Positions 57,139 through 64,000 of a stretch of DNA of 64,000 bases are shown here, in pieces. The position numbers and the translations under genes were made by a program. Each line of letters begins with the position of its first letter. Position 1 is the first letter of the stretch. This DNA is from Alphaproteobacteria bacterium (lineage in GTDB: Bacteria; Pseudomonadota; Alphaproteobacteria; JBMOFM01): NCBI GenBank assembly GCA_049318825.1, contig JBMOFM010000003.1, positions 12,889 to 76,888 on the forward strand. Direction: 5' to 3'. The notes beneath the pieces are model-generated. The model made no database searches. It saw only the letters and a program-made list of their open reading frames with translations, and was not told the DNA's origin.

Positions 57139-57927
57139 ATGCTAGGGTATCATACTGATGAAGTGCCTGATATTTCCGAGGAAGAATATTTCAGGGGCAA
57201 GTGTCGGGTTTTTGGCAAATCAAATCCAGAACTATCTAAAAATTCTTTTTGGTATGCCATGGTCAAGTGCGGTGGATCAGCTTACCATGTTGCCAATAAA
57301 TTTGGGAAAGATCGTGGCGCATGTATTGATGAGCCTGCGTTGGAGGGCAAAAGTCTTAATCAAACGATTACTTCTGATGGAAGAAGTAGATTCATGATTA
57401 GGAAAGATTATAGGGTTTGCCGTGTTGAGCCGGTATGGAGCTATAATCGTTTTGGCAAATCCATCACCCCCTTAAAAGATGGCAGATTTATTGAAATTGC
57501 TGGAGAGCATGAAGATCATTATGACCCTGATTTCTGCATTTATAACGATGTCTTTGTGCATAGGGGTAACGGCGAATGCGAAATATATACATATCCGCGA
57601 GAGGTTTTTCCTCCCACTGATTTCCATACCGCAACGTTAGTAGGCGAGCATATCTACATTATCGGCAACCTTGGCTATAGCGAAGATAGGCAGCCAGGAT
57701 ATACGCCTGTATATCAGCTGGATATTAATGCACTGAAAATGAAAAAGATTGAGACGAGAGGAGATCTACCGGGCTGGATTAATCGGCACAAAGCATATTA
57801 CGATGGTGAATCAATCACGATTAAAGGTGAAAAACTTATTGTTACTGAAAACGGAGCGGAAGATTACGTTGATAACGAACAGGAACACTCCTTGTGCCTG
57901 AAGTCTCTAGTTTGGAAAAAGCAGTGA
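57139..57927 (+). CDS. hypothetical protein with kelch-like beta-propeller repeats (tentative); same frame as the upstream ankyrin ORF
   Basis: Repeat pattern ...HTATLVGEHIYIIGNLGY..., ...WINRHKAYYDGESITIKG... resembles kelch blades. The fold assignment was made by eye only. Confidence 0.4.
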   Translation: MLGYHTDEVPDISEEEYFRGKCRVFGKSNPELSKNSFWYAMVKCGGSAYHVANKFGKDRGACIDEPALEGKSLNQTITSDGRSRFMIRKDYRVCRVEPVWSYNRFGKSITPLKDGRFIEIAGEHEDHYDPDFCIYNDVFVHRGNGECEIYTYPREVFPPTDFHTATLVGEHIYIIGNLGYSEDRQPGYTPVYQLDINALKMKKIETRGDLPGWINRHKAYYDGESITIKGEKLIVTENGAEDYVDNEQEHSLCLKSLVWKKQ

Positions 57928-58046
57928 TGTACGGCGGCTACTGAAAACAAGGTTTTAGCTGTCAGCTTCCAACGCTATGCATTGTATTGGTGACGGCAGG
58001 TATAGGTTTTATAAGCCTTTTATAATTAAAACAAACTACAAAAACT

Positions 58047-59096
58047 TTAAGGGAAGAGTGGCAATTGGGTTAAGCCAGTTTCTTCGGCAAAGCCAAAACG
58101 GATGTTCATGTTTTGAATGGCCTGCCCTGAAGCTCCTTTCACTAGATTATCAATTACCGAAAACAGCATGAAGCGATTGGGTTGACGGTCTGCCACCACG
58201 CCAATATTACAAAAATTCGACCCCCTAACATGGCGGGTTGCAGGCACTTGCCCCATGGGCAAAATATTGACAAAATACTCATCCTCATAGGCTGTTGCTA
58301 GCGCGGCATGAGCATCTTCCACGCTTTTTCCTTGTGCCAATTTCAGATAAATAGAGGTGAGCATACCACGGCTCATGGGCATGAGGTGAGGGGTAAAGGT
58401 AATATGGATGTTGGGGTGGTCAGAAAAATCTTCTAATGTTTGCTCTATTTCAGGGGTATGGCGATGGCTCGCAACCCCATAAGCATGAATTCCTTCACTT
58501 ACCTCGGTATATAAAGAGCCGGTTTTGGCATCTCGGCCAGCGCCCGAAACACCGGATTTGGCATCGATAATAATATCTTCAACTGTTATTATTTGTTGCT
58601 TGATTAAAGGCAATAAAGCCAAAGCAGCGCAGGTTGGATAACAACCGGGGTTAGCAATAAATTGGGCCGTTTTTATGGGTGAGCGGTAATGCTCGGTTAA
58701 ACCATACACCGCATTGGGTTGTAAATCTGGCGATTCGTGGGGATGTCCATACCATTGTTGGTAAACATCCAGATCCCGTAAACGAAAATCTGCGGATAAA
58801 TCAATAATCACTTTATTGCTGGGTAATTCCCGTGCTGTTTTATGCATCATGCCATGGGGCAGGGCGCAAAAAATAACATCCACCTGTTCAAAATTGATCT
58901 CTTCCATTGTTTGCAAGGCTGGAAATGAACCCGCCACTGAAAATTGTGGAAAAACATGTTCCAGTTTCTGCCCTGCTTGCCTCCCAGCCCCCAGTGCTAC
59001 GATCTGGGCATAAGGATGCGCATGTAATAAGCGTAATAATTCAGAGCCCGTATAGCCACTAGCCCCTAGAATGGCTATTTTTACTTTTTCAACCAT
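58047..59096 (-). CDS. argC: N-acetyl-gamma-glutamyl-phosphate reductase
   Basis: KIAILGASGYTGSELLRLL N-terminus; catalytic Cys context; 349 aa. Confidence 0.9.
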   Translation of the reverse strand: MVEKVKIAILGASGYTGSELLRLLHAHPYAQIVALGAGRQAGQKLEHVFPQFSVAGSFPALQTMEEINFEQVDVIFCALPHGMMHKTARELPSNKVIIDLSADFRLRDLDVYQQWYGHPHESPDLQPNAVYGLTEHYRSPIKTAQFIANPGCYPTCAALALLPLIKQQIITVEDIIIDAKSGVSGAGRDAKTGSLYTEVSEGIHAYGVASHRHTPEIEQTLEDFSDHPNIHITFTPHLMPMSRGMLTSIYLKLAQGKSVEDAHAALATAYEDEYFVNILPMGQVPATRHVRGSNFCNIGVVADRQPNRFMLFSVIDNLVKGASGQAIQNMNIRFGFAEETGLTQLPLFP

Positions 59097-59244
59097 CGCT
59101 GGATTTTTTCCTCTATGTGATATTTTTTACATGAAATAATGGCCAACCATTTACGGGCAAGACCATCAGCATCTATATTATTAATTAAAATGGGGAGTAA
59201 AGCACCGCCAGAAACGGCGATGCTTCAGGTGATCTTGTGAATAA

Positions 59245-60141
59245 TCAAGCGGCGGCCTGTTTATTTTTATGAGCGCGCACCAATTTTTGGTAGGCATCCC
59301 TCAAGGTTCGGGTCACGGCCCCTACCTTATATATTTTCTGATCAATTTGGCCAACAGCGGTTACTTCTGCGGCCGAACCGGTAAGAAAAATCTCTTCGGC
59401 ACTATCCAGCTCATCGGGCCAGATAGCACGTTCTACAACCGTAATATGATGCTCGCGTGCTAAATCAATCACCGTGCGTCTGGTAATACCATCAAGAATA
59501 CAATCCACTGGCGGGGTGTATAACACGCCATCCTTTACCATGAAAAAATTAGCGCCCGTAGCTTCGGCCACTTGCCCGCGCCAATCCAACATTAACGCAT
59601 CATGATAGCCTGCATCATCCGCCGCATGTTTAGAGAGGGTACAAATCATGTATAGACCTGCTGCTTTGCTGGCTGTGGGCGCTGTATCTGGCGAAGGCCG
59701 ACGCCACCGGCTTGTTTGTAATTTTATGCCTTTTTCTTGCAATTCTGGGGAAAAATAACTGGGCCACTCCCAAGCGGCCACGGCTAAATGAATTTTGCTT
59801 AAAGGGGCAGAAACACCCATTTGTTCAGTGCCCCGCCATGCCACAGGCCGCACATAGGCATCTTCAAGATTATTCACTCGCACGGCACGCAAACAGGCCT
59901 GATTAATTTCTTCTACACTGTAGGGAATATCAAAGCCAAGCAATTTAGCTGAACGGATTAGCCGCTCAGAATGTTCTTGCAGCTTGAAAATTTCGCCTTC
60001 ATACATGCGCAATCCTTCAAATACAGAAGAACCATAATGTAGGGCGTGTGTTAAAATATGAACCTTAGCATCGCGCCAATTGACCAGCTGTCCATCCAAC
60101 CAGATAACACCGTCCCGTTCATCAAAAGGTATGAGTGTCAT
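59245..60141 (-). CDS. ilvE: branched-chain amino acid aminotransferase (class IV)
   Basis: 298 aa; class IV aminotransferase motifs (VFEGLRMY, ...). Confidence 0.85.
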   Translation of the reverse strand: MTLIPFDERDGVIWLDGQLVNWRDAKVHILTHALHYGSSVFEGLRMYEGEIFKLQEHSERLIRSAKLLGFDIPYSVEEINQACLRAVRVNNLEDAYVRPVAWRGTEQMGVSAPLSKIHLAVAAWEWPSYFSPELQEKGIKLQTSRWRRPSPDTAPTASKAAGLYMICTLSKHAADDAGYHDALMLDWRGQVAEATGANFFMVKDGVLYTPPVDCILDGITRRTVIDLAREHHITVVERAIWPDELDSAEEIFLTGSAAEVTAVGQIDQKIYKVGAVTRTLRDAYQKLVRAHKNKQAAA

Positions 60142-60308
60142 TGTTTTTCTCCCTTTCCCTGATATTTTATGTTCTATGTTTTATTTTATAACATATTTTA
60201 TCTATTTTACACAATTATTTAACTTCTATCATGGCGGCCTGTTCTGCTATCGTCAATCGAATCTTGAATGTTTCATGGTGCAACTGCCTAGCGAAAGCGA
60301 TTTTTTCC

Positions 60309-61022
60309 ATGTCTTACATGGTTTATGATAATGAAATTGGTAACACCAACCATGTAATGGTTGTTGATGATGATGAAAAATTGGGGCAATTGCTTCAACG
60401 TTATTTGCGTCAACAAGGGTTTATGGTTCATCTTGCTGCCAGCGCAGAGGAAGCCTTTGCGGTGTTTTCGTGGTTGCGCTTTGATCTGATTATCATGGAT
60501 ATTATGTTGCCCGGCCAAAATGGTTTAGAGGCAACAGCATGTTTAAGAAAATATATTGATACGCCCATTTTATTGTTAACGGCTAGGGGTGAAACCGCAG
60601 ATCGTATTGCGGGGTTAGAAGCTGGGGCGGATGATTATCTTTCTAAACCATTTGAGCCTAAAGAATTGCTGTTGCGTATGCAGGCTATTTTACGCCGTTG
60701 GCAGCCGGCCAAACAAAAAGCCACCGATTATCCAATTAAGTTTGGAGAGTGGCAGTTTTTTGCTGAAAAAGGGGAGTTGGTGCATCAGGTAAAAGGCGCT
60801 AAGGAGCTAACAGAAACCGAAATTTCTATTTTACGACTGTTGTTAAAAGAGCCAGGGGAAACAATTACGCGCGAATCGTTGGTTGAATCTAGCGGGGGAA
60901 GCATCAGTATAAGAAGTGTGGATGTACAAATTAACCGCTTGCGCCGCAAAATTGAAGATGATAGCCGCTTCCCGCGCTTCATTCAAACAGCTAGGGGCAG
61001 TGGGTATATATTCCGTGTTTAA
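60309..61022 (+). CDS. ompR: OmpR-family response regulator
   Basis: VMVVDDDEKLGQLLQRYLRQQGFMV ... DLIIMDIMLPGQNGLE ... GADDYLSKPFEPKELLLRMQAILRR aligns closely with known OmpR sequences; the exact start is uncertain (ATGs at 60309, 60318 and 60357). Confidence 0.85.
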   Translation: MSYMVYDNEIGNTNHVMVVDDDEKLGQLLQRYLRQQGFMVHLAASAEEAFAVFSWLRFDLIIMDIMLPGQNGLEATACLRKYIDTPILLLTARGETADRIAGLEAGADDYLSKPFEPKELLLRMQAILRRWQPAKQKATDYPIKFGEWQFFAEKGELVHQVKGAKELTETEISILRLLLKEPGETITRESLVESSGGSISIRSVDVQINRLRRKIEDDSRFPRFIQTARGSGYIFRV

Positions 61023-61053
61023 TAAAAAAAAATACCAGCTTTTAATATTAAAA

Positions 61054-62391
61054 GTGAAGCTGTTCATTAAACGGCTTTTTCCTGCGTCGATGCTGGGGCG
61101 TTCTTTGTTAATTGTAGCAACGCCAGTAATATTATTGCAGGTGGTCACCACTTTTTTATTTTTTGATCGGCATTGGGCTGCCACCGCGCGGGCACTGTGT
61201 TTATCGCTAGCGGGGGACATTAGTTATATCATTAAACAGGTGGAAGATGATCCTTCTTCAGCCAAGCTTGATCAGGTTATTCGCAATGTATCTTTAACTA
61301 TGGATCTTATGGTCAGTTTTCATCGTGGGGAGTCAATTGAAGGTCAAGAATCCACCATATGGAACCGATTGTTGCAAGATATTTTAATAAATTCTTTGCA
61401 AAAAAAGCTGCATCGCCCATTTGTGCTTTCTATTTACGAGATGAATGAATGGCTTGAAATTAGAGTGCCTGTAAAATCGGGTGTGTTAAGCGTATTGGTG
61501 CCTCAACGTCGTTTGTTCAGTTACACATCCTATCTATTTTTATTGTGGACTATTTTTGCGTCCCTAGTTCTTACCATCACGGCCCTTATTTTTATGCGCA
61601 ACCAGATACGGCCAATTAAAAAATTAGCGGTGGCTGCCGAGCGTTTTGGTAAAGGGATTGATATGGTGGCGTTTAAGCCCGAAGGCGCCAGTGAGGTTCG
61701 CCAAGCTTCAGCCGCTTTTATTGCGATGCGCCAGAACATTAAAGAACAAATGGTGGAAAGAACACATATGTTGGCTGGTGTTTCCCATGATTTGCGCACC
61801 CCCTTGGCGCGCATGAAATTAATTCTAGCCATGATGCCTCAATCAATGGAAACCGATTCGCTGGAACAGGAAGTAAGCGATATGGCGGATATGATTAGCA
61901 TCTATTTGGCATTTGCCCGCGATGGTGAAGGCGAGGCAAAAATAAGAACCGATATTATGGCGCTTATTCTTGATGTGGTGGGGCGGTATCAGCATTATAA
62001 TAAAGAAATTAGCGTGAATATTGGCGCCGAGCCTTTATTTTTATTGTTGCGCCCACGGGCAATGACACGATGTTTAGATAATTTATTATCTAATGCATTG
62101 CGATTTGGGACAACCATATCCGTAAAAACTGAATTGTATAATGATCGCCTAAAGATTTATATAGAGGATGATGGTCCTGGAATTCCCCACGCAAAAAAAG
62201 AAGATTTGATGCAACCCTATCAACAGTTAGAGCACCATAAGCATAAAGAAAGAAATAAAGGCCATATGGGTTTAGGGTTGGCCATCGCTAGGGATATTGC
62301 CCGTGGGCATAATGGTGATTTGCAATTGCATGATAGCAATCTTGGTGGTTTAGCAGCAGTAATTTTATTACCTATTGATATTGAGGCGTAA
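61054..62391 (+). CDS. envZ: EnvZ-like sensor histidine kinase
   Basis: Two TM segments, HAMP, H-box SHDLRTPLARMKL, N/G boxes; the start is uncertain (GTG 61054 or ATG 61090); the listed ORF 60916-62391 overlaps the regulator. Confidence 0.8.
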   Translation: MKLFIKRLFPASMLGRSLLIVATPVILLQVVTTFLFFDRHWAATARALCLSLAGDISYIIKQVEDDPSSAKLDQVIRNVSLTMDLMVSFHRGESIEGQESTIWNRLLQDILINSLQKKLHRPFVLSIYEMNEWLEIRVPVKSGVLSVLVPQRRLFSYTSYLFLLWTIFASLVLTITALIFMRNQIRPIKKLAVAAERFGKGIDMVAFKPEGASEVRQASAAFIAMRQNIKEQMVERTHMLAGVSHDLRTPLARMKLILAMMPQSMETDSLEQEVSDMADMISIYLAFARDGEGEAKIRTDIMALILDVVGRYQHYNKEISVNIGAEPLFLLLRPRAMTRCLDNLLSNALRFGTTISVKTELYNDRLKIYIEDDGPGIPHAKKEDLMQPYQQLEHHKHKERNKGHMGLGLAIARDIARGHNGDLQLHDSNLGGLAAVILLPIDIEA

Positions 62392-62479
62392 AAAACACGG
62401 TTTTTGTTGTAAAATATAAAAATTTATGCATATTATCTCTTCTGGTAATTGAAGAGCTATATCATGTAAGGATGATGTA

Positions 62480-63082
62480 ATGTCGAGCACAAGCAATGAT
62501 TTATTTGACGGTTGGGGAGAACCTCAACAGAATGATAATGATTTCGATGAATTCTTATCAGAGTTTGATCAAAAAACCCTCGTCTTTAATCAGGTGACAC
62601 TTATTCATGATTATTTAAGCGAGGTAGCTCAACATAAAGACTGTAAGATCGAGCTGGGTTATATTGCTGATAACACGACGCTATTTATTTTTGCAAAACC
62701 AAGCCAATTATTAGAAAAGACTCAATCTCTATTACTAGATATAGATGTACAGATGATAGCGGGTGGTTTTAAGCTAAGACCAGCTCCTTTATTGCCTGAT
62801 GAGACTTCATCAACAGCGGATGGTTATGAGCCCAGTTTTATCGTTGAATTTAGAGGAGAAGCGGCACTATGCGTTAATCCTTACGATGTTCCCTACACCG
62901 ATGATTTAGTGCGGGCGATTAAAAGAATTATTGATCTTGTTACAGAACAACCATCGCAACCCACTATTCGGTTACCTGAGATTGCGATACAACAACCCAA
63001 CGCGCAGTCAAATTTACGCCAATCCTCAGAAATAATCTTGCCGCCCATCACGGCCATTAAAACTACACCCCCCAGACCTTAA
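62480..63082 (+). CDS. hypothetical protein, acidic N-terminus, Pro-rich C-terminus
   Basis: 200-aa ORF with no recognisable motif. Confidence 0.4.
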   Translation: MSSTSNDLFDGWGEPQQNDNDFDEFLSEFDQKTLVFNQVTLIHDYLSEVAQHKDCKIELGYIADNTTLFIFAKPSQLLEKTQSLLLDIDVQMIAGGFKLRPAPLLPDETSSTADGYEPSFIVEFRGEAALCVNPYDVPYTDDLVRAIKRIIDLVTEQPSQPTIRLPEIAIQQPNAQSNLRQSSEIILPPITAIKTTPPRP

Positions 63083-63201
63083 GAGTTTAACACTTTATTT
63101 CCTATAATATTGTTACCACTATATAAGCGGCTTTAATAACACAAAGCTATCAGCGTTATTTACTATAAAACAATTGTAGTGGATCAATTTAGGGAATATG
63201 G

Positions 63202-64000
63202 ATGTCGATTGAGCAATCATCTATCATTAATTTTGCTGATCGCTATGAGATATTACCCGATCAGCCAGCCTTTTTATCCCCTTGCATTGGCGGTAGGGCG
63301 TATAAAGCGCGCTTGATTAGCGATAAAACATCAGAATTTATAGCGGTAGTAAACACTATGTCTCCCTTAGTAAGGGGCGATATTTTGATGTATATGCGGG
63401 GGATGGAAGCAACGCACCTGATTACCCCGTTAGAATGGGGTGTTTGTTTTTGGCCAGCAGAAAATGCTAACCGTTTTATAACGATTTTCCCATTGCCTAT
63501 TGGTCAGATTCCCTTTCCTGATTTGAATGAACAGCGCACGCCAATCAATGAAGAAGATCTCATTCAAGGTTTATTTAATCCAGCCATTCATGTGCTCAGA
63601 GCCCTAGCTATTAAAGGAATTTTTCATGGCAATATTAACCCTAGTAATATTTATGTAAAGCAGGGGGCAGCTTTTAGTGTTTCCTTTGGCGAATGTGTGA
63701 CGGCGCCCCCTGGTTTTTGCCAACCCGTAATAGCTGAAACTATTGAACGCGGTATGGCGGAGCCTTATGGCAAAGGCGTGGGGAGCATGGCGGATGATTT
63801 ATATTCATTAGGGGTCACCGCCTTATTTTTATTGCTGGGCTATAATCCCCTAAAATCCTTAACTGATGAACAAATTATTGAGACAAAAATTGATAAGGGC
63901 AGTTATGCTGCCTTTATTGGTAGGGTGAGAATATCATCGGGTATTTTAGAAGCCTTACGGGGCTTATTAACGGATGATGTGCGTCAGCGTTGGACATTAG
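63202..64000 (+). CDS. eukaryotic-like Ser/Thr protein-kinase-fold protein, predicted pseudokinase (partial, continues past the window end)
   Basis: Kinase subdomain order is recognisable: RYEILPDQ...IGG (degenerate P-loop), IAVV (Lys replaced by Val), HGNINPSNI (HRD replaced by HGN, catalytic Asp lost), SFG (DFG Asp replaced by Ser), DDLYSLGV...LLGYNPL (subdomain IX). Confidence 0.55.
   Translation, partial: MSIEQSSIINFADRYEILPDQPAFLSPCIGGRAYKARLISDKTSEFIAVVNTMSPLVRGDILMYMRGMEATHLITPLEWGVCFWPAENANRFITIFPLPIGQIPFPDLNEQRTPINEEDLIQGLFNPAIHVLRALAIKGIFHGNINPSNIYVKQGAAFSVSFGECVTAPPGFCQPVIAETIERGMAEPYGKGVGSMADDLYSLGVTALFLLLGYNPLKSLTDEQIIETKIDKGSYAAFIGRVRISSGILEALRGLLTDDVRQRWTL

Overview
This window looks like a chromosomal segment from an alphaproteobacterium. 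The lineage is not certain; the ankyrin and kelch-like genes near the 3' end hint at a host-associated lifestyle. There are three parts.

(1) 1-23.2 kb carries housekeeping and metabolic genes: proC, a DUF1800/DUF1501 pair, an unusually long class I/II aminotransferase, glnE-bcp-ldh2, phaB/phaA, a frameshifted pepA, a HEPN/MNT toxin-antitoxin pair, NlpC/P60, moxR, an orphan fliL-like gene, the conserved der-bamB-yfgM cluster, a pentapeptide-repeat gene and rlmB.

(2) 23.4-55.1 kb is one contiguous translation/transcription superoperon: tRNA-Tyr, tRNA-Gly, tufB, tRNA-Trp, secE-nusG, rplKAJL, rpoBC, rpsL-rpsG-fusA-tufA, the S10/spc/alpha ribosomal operons ending in secY-adk-rpsM-rpsK-rpoA. The two tuf copies are nucleotide-identical including short flanks.

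(3) 55.1-64 kb is the accessory-looking part. An intrinsic terminator after rpoA is followed by a decayed IS3-family element where rplQ would normally sit. Next comes an ankyrin-repeat gene joined in-frame, through a single TGA, to a kelch-like repeat domain. Then come argC, ilvE, an ompR/envZ-type two-component pair, an unknown acidic protein and a eukaryotic-like protein-kinase-fold gene whose catalytic residues are all substituted (pseudokinase).

I found no CRISPR array, rRNA, intact prophage or integrase. The most interesting items are the TGA-split ankyrin/kelch gene, the unknown-protein plus pseudokinase cassette, the G7-tract frameshift in pepA and the IS remnant that breaks the alpha operon.
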